Assembly (NCBI RefSeq): GCF_963921235.1
Contig: NC_086118.1
Location: forward strand, 22,012,001-22,076,000
Source: Mobula hypostoma
Lineage: Eukaryota
Direction: 5' to 3'
DNA: 64,000 nt
Part shown: positions 23,246-35,790 of the stretch, piece after piece
How positions within the stretch are numbered: the stretch's first letter is position 1
How the letters are laid out: each line of letters begins with the position of its first letter
Notes under the pieces: generated by a model
The model's database searches: none
The model's input: the letters and a program-made list of their open reading frames with translations, nothing else
What the model was told of the DNA's origin: nothing
Position numbers and translations under genes: made by a program

Positions 23246-24042
23246 GCACTACCGAAGATGTGCAGCAGCTTACTGGTAAATCATAAGGCAACAGAATTGA
23301 CTAAAAACATTACTTACAGTATAATATCTTTCATGAAGCAAATTGTGGTAGATTATCGCCACAGACAGCGAGGAGGCAGGCGAAAGCGAGGCTGGTTTGG
23401 GGGATGAGCTATGCTGGGGCATTATGAGGTGCAGCATGTTTGAGCCACTGGGTTTGCTGTTGGAGCTCGTATCGCTACTGGAGATGGAGTGAGTAATTTG
23501 GAGAGGAGCTGATGCGGGAGAGTTCTGATGCCTCTCCACCTAACCTGGGTGCAACATTGGATTGCTACCAAGCGCCGAGCCGATTTGGTGAGATCGAGAA
23601 CGGCTTTGGGCCAGGTGTATTGTGACGTCTGGATCCAGGTCCTAGAAAATGGCACTACTCGATGCTTGGACAATTTAAACACCGCCCAGATAGATTGGAA
23701 CATCGAGTATCAGGTATGGAGGAAAGGGTTCGGGCTGATTTCGCTTGCTCTCCTGGAAATGTTTATTCCTTTCTCCATGGTGCTAAGGCTATGAACTGAT
23801 CTGGCTGCTGTGCATTTCTGTCCCTCTAGTGTGAAAACTGGGGACCAAGGCTTTGCTTGGGCCTACTCTGTCTGCTTGGGACTCAGTCTGATTCGGGATG
23901 GAGTTGGCTTGCTTCTGTGTTTGCACAATGTGGTTTTATTCTCTCTCTTTCTTAGCAAAGTAGCTTTTGGTCTTTTTTAAAATTAGGTTATTCAATGAAT
24001 AAACGCCTCTCTGACTTCCAGCCGGGTACAGGTATCGATTTT

Positions 24043-24085
24043 AACCAATATTTCAGTGAAAAACTCTGCCATCTTCATCAAGGAT
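24043..24085 (-). ncRNA. Degenerate hammerhead ribozyme motif in the left PLE arm
   Basis: Minus strand reads CC-TTGATGA-A-GATGGCAGAGTTTTTCACT-GAAA-TATT-GG. Confidence 0.45.
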
Positions 24086-25077
24086 GATGCTTCCTGGGAA
24101 TGTCTCGTCCGGTGGTATATATACCTCCATCGTCCATCCATCCTGACTGGTTAGTCCTTATCCAATCACGCGTCTGCTGTCCCAACTTGCTTATGATCGA
24201 ATTCCAGTTCTTACTTAGAGCAAGACCTTGGTCTTTGTTAAAATTCTTTTCCTCTAGTTTTGTTTCAATGGCTTCCTTACCAGGTGGTCCCAAAAGCCAT
24301 TGGCATGTTACAGTAGTTTTGTGCTGTTGAAGTCAATCCTATAGCCATTGCGAATGCAATGCTCTGCTACCGCTGATTTCTCCGGGTAATCTAAACGGGT
24401 ACACTTCCTGTGCTCCTTGGTGCATGTTTCCACTGTGCACCCTTTCTGGCTGATATAAGCTGCTCTGCATTCACAGGGAATCCTGTAAACTCCAACCTTC
24501 CTGAGTCTCCGGTCATCTTTGACCCACATAAGTTGTGATATGAGCTTCCTTATGGGTTTGTGGATAGTATAAATCCAGTATTTCTTCAGGATCCTAGAGA
24601 TCCTTCCAGAAGCCGTGGAAATATAGGAAGACAAGCGGTAGTGAAGGGTTCCTCCTCGCTGTTAGGTTTCCTGGTTCTTCTGTTGGCCCTTTAAGGGTCC
24701 AATTGATTTCCGTTGTTACTGTCTGCCTTCCCTTATATTCCCTATGTTCCCTATGGGCTTCCACATCAAGGAGCACAGGAGGTGTATCAATTTGAGTTAC
24801 TTGGAGAAATCGGCAGTAGCAGAACATTGTATTCGCAATGGCTGACTTCGACAGCGCAAAACTACTATCCTGCGCCAATGGCTTTTGGGGCTGTCTGGTG
24901 AAGGAAGCCATTGAAATAAAACTAGAGGAAAATAATTTTAACAAAGACCAAGGTTTCGCTCAATGTAAAAAATGGAATTCAATTGTAAACAAGGTGGGAT
25001 AGCAGAAACCTGATTGGATGAGGACTAACCAATCAGGAGGGTCTATATACCACTGGACTAGACATGCTCAGGCACCA

Positions 25078-25120
25078 TCACTGATGAAGATGACAGAGTT
25101 TACCATTGAAACATTGGTTA
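25078..25120 (+). ncRNA. Hammerhead ribozyme motif in the right PLE arm
   Basis: CTGATGA-A-GATG...CATT-GAAA-CATT-GG: both core boxes are present and the stems are imperfect. Confidence 0.55.
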
Positions 25121-25733
25121 AAATTGATACCTGCAGCCGGCTGAAAGCCCAGGAAGAGTTTATTCATCATATACGCCAGGAAAGTGCTAGATTCATTTTG
25201 GGTTATTCAAGTTTCTTGCTTTGTGGCTGACTATAAACAGACAAATTTCAAGGTGTATAATTCATACATCTTTTGATAATAAGTATTTTTTGAATCTTGA
25301 ATCTTTCAATGTTACAGAACGAGTTCAGTAAGTTGCAGGCAATGAAACGACAAACTGTTTGTGTAAGCTTATCTATTTCAGCAGCGGGTACAGTCCTTAA
25401 TAGTTTCACCCATATGTAACTTCAGATCCACTGTAATGTGGCTGACCCTTAACTGGCCTCTGAAAAGCCACTCAATTCTAGGGCAATATGAGATTATCTA
25501 TCTATGCCCATGTCCTGTGCATAGATAAATGCAAAAAATATAAATGTTATAATTTAAACTTCCCAGAGGAAGCTGCAGATCTTTTGTGGTGAGATTATTG
25601 CACATGCTGTATTTCCTTGATCAACTGCAGTACAGCTGTTAAAGAGCCTGGTCAGCCCACAGTCTTGAGATCAAACCCCTCTTTGGTATTGTACCTGAGA
25701 ATCCAGTGCCACTCACTGGCGTTAGAGATGTCA

Positions 25734-26080
25734 TTAGAGGCATCGGTTAGTCTTGCGAGACCATGGATCTGCGCCTGGGAAGTCTTCACTCTCCAGGGTG
25801 CAGGCCTGGGCAAGATTGTATGAGCAATCCAGCTCATCCAACTGCTGGGAAGACCAGCAGTTACCCATGCTGCAAGTCTCCCCTCTCCACGACACCAATG
25901 TTGTCCAAGGGAAGGGCATTAGGACTCATACAGCTTGGCACCAGTGTCATCGCAGAATCGCAGAGCAATGTGTGATTAAGTGCCTTGCTCAAGGACACAA
26001 CACGTTGCCTCGGCTGGGGCTCGAACTCACGACCTTCAGGTAGCTAGTCCAATGCCTTAACCACTTGGCCACGTGCCCAC
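25734..26080 (-). mobile_element. tRNA-headed SINE with CORE-like central domain
   Basis: Minus strand has an A box TGGCCAAGTGG, a B box GTTCGAGCC, then GTGTCCTTGAGCAAGGCACTTAA. Confidence 0.8.
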
Positions 26081-26334
26081 CATATATGATAAAGGCACAT
26101 AGTGGGTGTGACCGGTAAAATACAGATGTTTCCAACAATGCAGCAATTCTGATGCATAATTTTGATGAAAGTGAAGAGAAGTATCTCTAATTTTTAAATT
26201 TCATTGAAACGTTTAAAAAATCTCACAGGTGATCTACCCAATCAAGAAATTTAAGCAGAGAAGCAGAGCCAGCATGATGGTTGGTCTTGAGGATAAATTG
26301 TGCAGGAAAGCAGTCAGTATTGCAGGCAGTACAT

Positions 26335-26560
26335 GATGCAGCTTGTGGAATTGTTGCCTCACAGTTCCAGTGACCTGCGTTCAGTTCCGAACCCGGGTGC
26401 TGTCCATGTGGAGTTTGCATGTTTCCCCTGTGACTGTGTGGCTTTTCTCTAGGTACTCTGGTTTCTTCTCACGTTCCAAAGATGCTGAAGCTGTCGTACG
26501 TTGCCACTTTGGTGCCGGCAAGTGATAGAACCTGTGGGGAATCGATGGGAATATGGGAAA
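26335..26560 (+). mobile_element. V-domain SINE, decayed
   Basis: Decayed tRNA-like head followed by TGTGGAGTTTGCATGTTTCCCCTGTG. Confidence 0.72.
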
Positions 26561-27039
26561 AAGATAATGAAAATAGAGTTAATAGTGTTGACTCAAGTGC
26601 TCCCAAGGCTCAGCTTCTGATCTATGACTTTATGACAGTTCATTGAAAAGGAATTAGAAACCGCAGATACTGGAAATATGACAAAGCAGGAAATGCTGGG
26701 GTTAGTCATCTGAACTAGGCAGCATCTCAGTTTCTCACTCCACAGATGCTGATTATCTACAACACATCTTGCCTTCATTTCTAATGGCCTTTTTCCATAT
26801 TGTGCTCTTTTTGAGAATCTTTTGGGGTCTACTCTGTTCAGAGCCTGCTGGTGGCTGATGATTACAGAGACTGGTGGTGGACAAAAATATTGCAAACACA
26901 TCCAGTCCGGAGGATCCTTGCTGCTCGGTCACTGATGTGTCAGTGGCAGAGGCAGATGATGTGGCTTCATAAACAGCAGCCTGTTCTCCAAAGTCACCAC
27001 TGGGTGGTAGTTCAGGTGGTGGGTTTCTTTCCCCTCCAC

Positions 27040-27560
27040 CCCTAATTTTCCCACCTTTAATCCCCTCTCTGTCCCATTCTCTTCCAGTCTTCCCACTTCT
27101 GTCCTCTTTACCTCATACCCCTCCAGCACCCCTTCACACGTCTCTGTTCCCCTCCTGCCTCTATCTCTCTCTCTCACACACACAGGTGTCTCTGCTATCT
27201 TCCCCACCTGGTTCTCATTTGAACTGTCAATCACTTTCTTTTAATGGCTCTCCTTTGCACCTCCTTCGGAGTCCAGTGCTGATAGCACTTTGTGATCCTG
27301 CTTATCTTCCTCCAGCTGCCTTCTATCTTATCTTCACACTCCCCTGCCCGACTTTGTTCCACCTGTCTCCATAGTCTCTCTCTCTCCCTCTCGCGTCCCC
27401 CCCCCCATCTATCATTCACTTGCACAGACTCCCAACCCCACCTCTGCCGGGCACCCCTCCTCCGACTGGACTCTATCTCTGTCGCCTCAGACTCCTTTCT
27501 CGCTCCTTGCCCACTCCTCTCTGCGCTGGCCATCTCGCTTCTCCGTGCTCTCGTTCGTGC
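27040..27560. repeat. Pyrimidine-rich low-complexity tract
   Basis: Strong C/T skew on the + strand. It may be a decayed PLE-type 3' UTR. Confidence 0.6.
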
Positions 27561-29242
27561 TTCTGTTCAGAGTGGGCACGGGCGATTTAGGACTGTGTCT
27601 CTCCACTGCTGAGGAACTTCAGCAACTCACTCAGCTCCAATTAAATATTGCTTCTGCCCAAAGCATACATCTTCACTGCTGTTTTACTGCTAATACAGCC
27701 ATTTAAAGACTTGCAGTTGGTTGTGCTCCCTTCATTCATACTATGAAGTCATCAGACTTATGGTGTGTGTTTGCTTAACATTTTCTTTCCACAAATACTC
27801 TGCAGCCTTCATTTACTGTAGTTTGTAAGAGCCACACATCAAAGAGTACAGCTGTATCAGTGCAGATTCAATATTTTCAGATCTGGGAGAGGATATCTAA
27901 TTACTATTCAAGATATGTAAGTTCACATTAGACTGAAGTACATTGTAGAACTGTTATCTGGGAACTCCTCAGCATATGACCCAAGCTATTCTGGGTCAGG
28001 ACCAGGCAGCAGCTCTTCACTCCTTCTGGGCTGTGTTTGCTGACATGATCTCCTCAAACATCAGTGACCATTGGATGTTACATTAACTGTGATTAACTAA
28101 GTACTTTAAGAGACTGACGGACAGTTTCTCATGCCCCAGATTGTTTGTGTTTGAGAAGTAATGACCTGCTGACTTTTGAAACAGATGTTTGCTTTCAGTC
28201 CTTTTTAAGCTACTAATTCTCCACTCAGACAATCAGAATGTAAACAAAATAGGGAAATCTATCCAGCTAATGCAGTACAGTGCTAAGAAGTATTCAAAAG
28301 ACTGCATTGATGTTATCTTAAATAAGGCTATCTATCTTCAGCAATTGAAGACAACATTCATAATATATGACTTGAATGGTCTGCAGTCACATAGCTTCAC
28401 AAGATAAGAAATACAATTTCAGGCATTTGAAGTGCACTACTTACCTTAGTCTATACTGTTCTGCCTTTAACAATAAATATGTATAGAGTTACTAATGGAA
28501 TAATCTTAAATATTTACAGTACTGTAGTTGAATAAAAAAGCAAAAATTGGGGATGATTGCCAAAGTCTGTACAATGATGAAGCAGGAAACCCACCCATTC
28601 AGACTATTTTATGAGGAGCAGTAATCGTTCAGTAAAAGAGTAACTGGCTTGTTTGATAAATTGCGGTATCAAGAGATCAAAAACAAAGTGAGGAGAATGG
28701 GAAGAAATAACATTACAAAAAAGACAGGTTAGTATCCTATAAAACTTATTTTGGATTATGAACATCTTTGATTAATATGCTCTTTGAGAAATCAATCTAT
28801 GTTGATACATACTTACAATAGTCCAAGCTCTTCTTCTCATTACTACCATCAGTGAAGAGGTACATGAGCCTAAGGATCACAAGAACATCTTCTTTTCCTC
28901 TGCCATCAGATTTCTGAACGGTCCATGAACACTACCTCAATATGTTGCTCTCTTTCTGTACAATTTTTTTATTTTTTATATACACTCAGTGGCTACTTTA
29001 TTTGGTACACCTGTACAAATTGAAAATATCTAATCAACCAGTCCTGTGGCAGCAAATCAATGCATAAAAGCACGCAGACATGGTCAAGAGGTTCAGTTGT
29101 TGATCAGACCAAGTAACAGAATGAAGAATTAATCTGATCAAATTGACTTTGACTGTGGAATAATTGTCGGTGCCAGACAGGGTGTTTGAGTATCTCAGAA
29201 ACTGCTGATCTGCGATTTTCACACACACTATAGTCTCTAGAC

Positions 29243-29321
29243 CAGAAGTTCCCAATCTTTTTATGCCATGGACCAGTACCACTGAGTAAGGGTTATCTTG
29301 ACCCCAGGTTGGGAACCCCTG
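29243..29321. mobile_element. 79-bp hAT (Charlie-like) MITE
   Basis: TIR CAGAAGTTCCCAA/TTGGGAACCCCTG; 8-bp TSD CTCTAGAC/CTCTAGAG (nTCTAGAn target). Confidence 0.85.
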
Positions 29322-29363
29322 CTCTAGAGTTTACAGAGAATGCTGTGAGAAGTGAAAAAAAAC

Positions 29364-29786
29364 AGTCATGGTGTGCTCTTGGAGGACTAGACCCAGGTGT
29401 GGAGGAACAGCAGGCTTCCCTGTCTCGGCGAGTCATGGCTACTGACTCAATTCAGGAGCGGAGGACGGCCGATTCCCCATGAAGAGACGGAAACAAGGGG
29501 TTAGACATAGCAACACCAACAGAGCCTTGGAGGAGTGACTGACAGACACCATGAGACAATTCACTCTCTCCAACACAATGACTTTACTAAGGCACTAAAC
29601 AAGAGTCTTTAAATAATCATAGAATGCAAGAAATGTGTGTCAGTCACAACTAACTAGACAAATTAAACTGAAAGCACAAGAGTTTAATGGGTCTAGTTAA
29701 GTTAACAATTAGTAAATACAGGTGCTCAAGAACCCCAGGAGCTTAACATTTTGTGGGAAGCCACAGAGGCCACAGGGATCCTGACA
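29364..29786. mobile_element. Solo LTR (probably Gypsy)
   Basis: AGTCA (mutated TGTCA)...TGACA termini, 5-bp TSD AAAAC, and clean interruption of the MITE. Confidence 0.75.
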
Positions 29787-30680
29787 AAAACACCCAATGA
29801 GTGCAGTTCTGTGGGTGAAAACACCTTGTTAATGAGAGAGGTCAGAGGAGAGGCCAGACTGATTCAAGCTGACAGGAAAGTGACAGTAACTCAAACAAGC
29901 ACACCTTACAACAGTGGTATGCAGAAGAGCGTCTCTCAATGCACAACATGTTGAACCTTGAAACAGATGGGCTACAGCAGCGGAAGACCATGAACATACA
30001 CAAACTGGCCCTTCATTGGGTGCAGGAAATACCGAATAAAATGGCCACTGAGTGCATTTTTTATAGCAATTTGTTTAAGAATTGCACTGTACTGCTGCTG
30101 CAAAACAACGAATTGCACGACATTAGACAGTGACAATAAACCTGATTCTGATTCCATTGATGAAACCCGGGTTCCAAAGGTATCATAAGGTTACCCAGCA
30201 TGAACTGCATTACATTTGCTCCTTCTCACTACTTTCCAAATGTTGCAATTGGAATTAATGGCATTTCCATTAAATACACGTCATATAGGGAAGGTGCCAT
30301 GGAAAATCTGTTTCTGGAATTATGTGTGTAAATCTGTTACTGTATTAATCTCAAGAATGAGAGCCTTAATAGTGTTGGCACTAAAAGGGGGTGAAGTGGA
30401 ATTTGGTTTAATTCCCTGCCGTCACTGTTGCTGTATGCTGCTGACTGTTTCCAACTGGAACCTATTGCCAATTCCTGGTCTCCGCTACAGCCCTTGCAAT
30501 AATGCAACACACCAGCTCAGTGTGGAGAGACTGCTGGTGTTAAATATAAGCCCTTTACAAATACACCTGTCGCAAGGTTAAGGTTGGGGCTCATGGCAAT
30601 CCTTTATCAATCATTACTTCATTTTTCAGGGAAGGTGAATGCAGGACATGCATGAGCTGTGGTGAAACATAGGTCTAATT

Positions 30681-31073
30681 TGTAACGTGAACAAAGTTAC
30701 TGGAAAGACGCAGCTGGTAGATATAAAAATAGTCTTTTATTGAGCAAAATGAGACAGTCTCTGAAGGAAGAGGCCTGTTTGACCCAATCTTAAAAGCTAA
30801 AGATCAGTGTATAATTCTAGAGTTACAATGTATCTACAATTCTTCCTTTGAACTACAAATAACTTTGAGACCTCCTTCTCTGCACCCACACTCCAGATAC
30901 CCGAAATGAATGTTAATCAGCATTGTCTAGTTTTCATTTAACTGATGTCCATATCTCCAGGAAACTATTGTCCAGAGCTGCATTTTAAATTTAATCTACA
31001 ATTAATGTTCAGGTCTGAAGTTCGGTTGCTGAATTATTTGTAAAATACCCTAATTCCAGATTATGGCCTAACA
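30681..31073 (-). mobile_element. Solo LTR of the same ERV family as 3940-8029
   Basis: Full-length alignment to 7622-8029; TG...AACA ends; flanks TAATT/TAACT. Confidence 0.9.
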
Positions 31074-31129
31074 TAACTCTAGTTCAGCTCTTCTTGGTAG
31101 GATTGAGAAATAGGATGCACTTGAACATT

Positions 31130-31415
31130 TATTTCTTATTACCCCTCCCCAGACTTCCACAATTTATTTTTTTCTTTCTCTGGGGGTGGCAAGCCTTTGG
31201 AATTCTTTTCTTCAAAGTACAATGGAAACATAATGTCTGAATATTTTTTAAGACAGAGATAGGCTCTTGATGAGCAAGGGATGAAAGGTTGCTGAGGGTA
31301 GACAAGAATACAGAGTTGTGATAATACTTAGTTCAGCCGTGATCTTATTGGATGGTGGAGTCAGCTCGAAAAGATGAATGGTCTTCTCCTGATGCTAGTT
31401 TATATGTTGATGTAC
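31130..31415 (+). mobile_element. Old CR1 3' fragment
   Basis: Decayed FFSQRVV.LWNS region and a 3' UTR similar to 3040-3290. Confidence 0.7.
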
Positions 31416-32039
31416 CCTTCGACATTCTTCTGAACACATTTAACTCTGGTCTCGTAAAACCGAGGTGAAGCTGGAGACCTGAGAGCTTTGTGACTATATT
31501 CATGATAGCAGACAGAATTGGACAGAACTTATTAAATCTTGGGCCTGGAGTTCTGGATTTTGCTTGCCCTGATAAACTACTTCTGACCATTGAGCTTCGA
31601 GTGCTTTTTCCTGTTTGCATTATTTCAGAATATTGAGGGTTTGTCAGTTTAGCCAGTAAGATTTCACCAGAAATAAACCTCAGCAAAACAGGCTCATTGG
31701 CTGAGAGCTAGTGGAGATCCCATTTTGACCCTCCAGATTCAGGAATACCTTCCTTCATCTATTTGGTTCTTGGACCTACCTGCAGAAACTTAAACACTAC
31801 CTCATTATGTTAGCACTTTGAGCTACAACAGCTTCTGTGTTTTTCTGTTCTAATTATATTCTTTCTTATATAATTTATATAGTTTGTGTTTAATTTTATG
31901 TTTTTCTTCTGAGCATTGTGTCTCTAAAGCTATGTGTCTGTGATGGTGCTGCAAGTAATTTTTTTCATGCGCCTATACTTGTGCATATGACAATGAACTT
32001 GACTTTGACTTTGAGAAGACTAAAACTGGGCAACAGTCG

Positions 32040-32200
32040 CAGAGGGATACTCAAGAGCCTGCAGAATCTGGAGAAACAAGAGTCTTCTGGAAGAACTTAA
32101 AAGGTTGATCAGTTTCTGGGGGGAGCAAATTATTGATGTTTCATATTGAAACCTTACATCAGTGTCAGAGGGATCGGTCCAGCTTTGCAGCATAGTCCTA
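32040..32200 (-). mobile_element. PLE 3' tail remnant with degenerate hammerhead motif
   Basis: Minus strand reads CTGATGTAAGGTTTCAATATGAAACATC, followed by the shared PLE tail. Confidence 0.5.
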
Positions 32201-32254
32201 TTGTGGAGCAATCTCAGAAAGATAGTTTGCCACTATGTTCAACCTAACTAGGTT

Positions 32255-32571
32255 GCTCCTTCCCCTCCCTCCCCTCCCTTCCCCTCCTCTCCCTCCCCTC
32301 CCTTTCCCTCCTCTCCCTTTCCCTCCTCTCCTCTCCCCTCCTCTCCCCTCCCCTCCTCTCGCTTCCTCTCCCTTCCCCTCCTCTCCTCTCCCTTCCCCAT
32401 CTCTCCCCTTCCCCTCCTCTCCCCTTCTCTCCTTTCCCCTCCTCTCCCTCTCCCTTCCCTCCCATCCCTCTCCTTTCCATCCCCTCCCTTCCCCTCCCCT
32501 CCCTTCCCCTCCCTTCCCCTCCCCTCCCCTCCCCTCCATCTCTCTTGCCTTCCCCTCCCCTCCCCTCCCTT
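32255..32571. repeat. Pentameric polypyrimidine satellite (CCCCT/CCTCT/CCCTT)n
   Basis: About 315 bp of almost purely C/T sequence on the + strand. Confidence 0.97.
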
Positions 32572-33197
32572 CTGCAGCCGGTACAGCTCTTGAAGCTTGT
32601 ACCTTGTATTCATCTCCACACAGGGTGTTTCCCAGACTTCACATTTATATGAGCTTGTTATTGGTCTTTGAATCAAGGTAAGCAGCCAATCCAAATGCTG
32701 GACGGGAGCTCTGTTGAGTGCAGCACCAAGCAAAAGTAATCTTTTATTCAAAATGACAAACCGCGAGTGTAAAAGAAAACCAGTGCAGATCCAACCAACT
32801 GATTATAATGTTCTCGTTTTCTACCTCAGTCATCTGATTCCAGTGCATGATGGTATGTCAGCTTTCAGAGGCACACACGTGTTTCTTGTTGCATAAAGAA
32901 TTATTTTTGTGATGGGGATATTATACTGCTCCCCTGAGAGGTTTGCTTTTGGTGAAAGGTCAGATATTGAACTGCTTTATTCATTGTTCTGCATGAACTC
33001 TAAAGGTCAATATATTCAGCTTGTGAAATGTACTAGTTCTTTTAACTGTAATGTGCAGTATAATGCAAACTCACGTGGACTTTGAGCACCCAGGGAACCC
33101 ATCATTATTGTAGCAGACAACTCTTTGCACTGACTGTAAGCATAGTACCAGCGGTGTTATTGTGACCCAACTTAACCTAAGAGTAATGCCTCCCAAT

Positions 33198-33541
33198 CAA
33201 TGTTCCCTCTAATTCTTAATGACCAGTGTGTGCAAAAATCTTGTGCTGTGCAATTTTTTGCCCAGTGACAATAACATGTGCACACTGAATAATTCCTTCA
33301 ATAAAAACCGTATAAGTAAGCCAGTTATGAAATCTGCAGACAAATCATCGCAAACTCCATGTTGTCAACACCATCCAAGCCAGAAACCAGAAAAGGAAAT
33401 GTGATTGTGTACGATCGTGTAATATACTTAGCATGTCATCGAGATGGTGTGTGCAACCTTTTGTGTGCAGTTTAAATTCCTTTGTGCACCAGTATCAAAT
33501 GATGTGTGTGTGCCCACATGCATACCTTAGAGGGAACATTG
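33198..33541. mobile_element. hAT-type MITE
   Basis: Perfect 15-bp TIR CAATGTTCCCTCTAA/TTAGAGGGAACATTG and perfect 8-bp TSD CTCCCAAT. Confidence 0.92.
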
Positions 33542-33759
33542 CTCCCAATCCTGCCAGGATTAGCAATGGCATATAATGGCAGGTATACTCAAGACACAAA
33601 CCAATGTACATATACCACCCAAATTCAAGTTTAAATAAAGAAAATAAATGAATAACCATGCAAATATGTACAAATTTACATTAAGAACTTAAGCACAGTA
33701 ACTATCTATGTGGGGTCAAGAATTTATTTATTTATTTATTGTTTATTTATTGAGCTACA

Positions 33760-35511
33760 AAGCTTATGTCAAAAAGCCAAAGAAGAATGGTTAAACCAGA
33801 AATGTGAGGAATTAGAAAGAATCCCTATTACTGCTCCAAAAAGATTACATCAACAAATCAAGAATATCACTGGTAAAAAGCTCCTCTGTTCTTCAGGTGG
33901 ATGTTTGAAAGCAAAGGATGGTACCATTATTATGGAAAAAGATGAGATTATGAACAGATGGACTGAGTATATTCAGGAATTGTCCGAAGATTATCGAGGC
34001 AAAAAAACAGAAATTAAGAACATTGAAGGTCCAAGTATTTTAAAATCTGAAGTTCGTAATGCAAGAAATAAGACGAAGAAAGGAAAGGTAGCAGGTCCTG
34101 ATGAATTACTAATAGAACAAATTATCGCCCTTGAAGATTATGGAATTAAAAAACTTACTGATTTAGTCTATGACATTTATGAGACTGGTATAATACCAGA
34201 AGAGATGAAAAAAATCAGTATTTATCACTCTTCCTAAGAAACCTGGAGCAAGAGAATGTGAATTACATAGGACCATAAGTTTAATAAGTCGTATCACTAA
34301 GATACTTCTAAGAATTTTGATGACAAGAGCTAAAAGTAAGATACAAGCTGAAGTAGGTAAAGAACAATGTGGTTTTGTGAAAGACAAAGGTACATGAAAT
34401 GCGATATTGATGTTAAGGATACTATCGGAACGAGCTATTCAAGTGCAGAAAAGTTTGTTTGTTTTATCGACTACACAAGAGCATTTGATAAAGTGAAGCA
34501 CAATAAGTCATTCAAAATATTACAGGAAACTCTAGATCTAGATTCCAAAGACGTCCGCCTAATCAGAAATCTGTGCTGGGAACAAACCGCTGCTGTACGA
34601 ATAGATGGAGAAGTGAGTCAGTTTACGAAAATCAAGAGAGGCTTTAGACAAGGGTATATTTTCTCCCCTGATTTGTTTAATGTGTACAGTGAAACAATAT
34701 TAGAAACAATAAGAGACATTTTGGGAATCAAAGTTGGCAGTGAAAACATCAATAATTTTAGATATGCAGATGACACTGTGTTAATTGCAAGTACGGAGGA
34801 AGAACTACAAAACTTAGTTGATATGGTTGTTGAAGAAAGTGCAGAAATGGGTCTATCTATCAATTGCAAAAAGACAGAATGTATGGTGATATCCAAAAAG
34901 AAGGAGAATCCTATCTGCTGGCTGAGAATAAATGGGGAAGATATAAAACAAGTACAGAACTTCTGCTACTTAGGAAACTGGGTGACATCAGATAGCAGGT
35001 ACGACATGGAAGAATAGGGATGGCAAAAGTCACCTTTACGAGAATGAAGGGTATACTGACCAACACTAAACTAGGCATGACAACCCACCTCAGAGCACTG
35101 AAATGTTACGTTTATCCAGTTATGTTATATATGGCTCATGAAGAAATGAACTGAAACAGCAGAGATGTGGTTTTTGAGGAGGATGCAAAGAATATCATGG
35201 ACAAAACGAATATCTAACGAGGATGTCATGAATAGAGCAAGCACAAAAACAGAAATAATGTATGAGATCATGAAACGGCAACATGACTTCATTGGATATG
35301 TGATTAGGAAAGAGGAGTTAGAATGCATGGTAATTATGGGAAAGGTTGAAGGGAATAGAGCAAGAGAAAGACAAAGACAAATGATGATGGAGACAGCAGC
35401 CAGAGAACTGGAAATGAATACCAATGAATTGATCCACTTGACCTGAAACAGGAGTATGTGGGCCATGGCATTCAAAGCTCAAACTGGGCACAGCACCTGA
35501 TGATGATGATG
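33760..35511 (+). mobile_element. 5'-truncated RTE-clade LINE
   Basis: RT motifs FIDYTRAFDKV, GFRQGYIFSP and FRYADD; C-terminal MWFLRRMQRISWT; (TGA)n tail; 11-bp TSD ATTGAG(C/T)TACA at 33749-33759/35512-35522; several frameshifts. Confidence 0.93.
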
Positions 35512-35790
35512 ATTGAGTTACAGTGTGCGATAGCCTCTTCTAGCCCTTCGAGCTGTGTTATTCAGGAAATGCCCTATTTAATCCTAGCTTAATCATGGGA
35601 CAATTTACAATGACCTGTTAACCTACCAATTAGTACCTCTTTGGATTGTGGAAGGAAACTGGAGCACCCGGAGGAAACCCACACGGTCACAGGGAGGATG
35701 TAGAAATTCCCTTCAGGCAGTGGGGGGAATTGAACTCTGGTCAGACACTGATACGCTAAAGCGTTGTGCTAACCACTATGTCACCATGCC
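35512..35790 (-). mobile_element. V-domain SINE split by the RTE insertion (tail at 33720-33759)
   Basis: Homologous to 12905-13170. Its (TTTA)n tail lies on the other side of the RTE. Confidence 0.8.

Larger units (their letters stand above)
23996..25197. mobile_element. Penelope-like element with GIY-YIG endonuclease remnant and inverted pseudo-LTR arrangement
   Basis: ORF 24308-24634 (-) reads GVYRIPCEC...YISQ...KEH...KSAVAEHC. 23996-24425 and about 24760-25170 are inverted copies. TSD TT(A/G)GGTTATTCAA. Confidence 0.9.
23340..25305 (+). mobile_element. Non-autonomous CpG-rich retroposon split by the Penelope insertion
   Basis: GC-rich head, and a tail ending TTGAATCTTGAATCTT. The halves rejoin across the TSD at 23983-23995/25198-25210. 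The 5' boundary is approximate. Confidence 0.55.
28983..30054 (+). mobile_element. Tc1-derived MITE hosting two nested insertions
   Basis: Same TIRs and interior as 18589-19145 once the inserts at 29243-29321 and 29364-29786 are removed. Confidence 0.85.
28825..30155 (+). mobile_element. Rex1-type 3' fragment interrupted by the Tc1 MITE
   Basis: An LFSLLPS...-like C-terminus at 28825-28980. The tail resumes at 30055 and ends CTGATTCTGATTC. Confidence 0.65.

Noticed and set aside
26000..26080. tRNA-like sequence with A and B boxes (also at 43090 and 55672)
   Set aside because: These are SINE heads. They run into SINE body domains and lack a complete cloverleaf.
31345..31686. 113-aa minus-strand ORF
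   Set aside because: It has no recognisable domain or convincing splice context, and its end runs into an antisense CR1 tail.
32198..32751. Long Pro/Ser-rich and Gly/Glu/Arg-rich ORFs on both strands
   Set aside because: They are translations of the CCCCT-type satellite and stay open only because it lacks stop codons.
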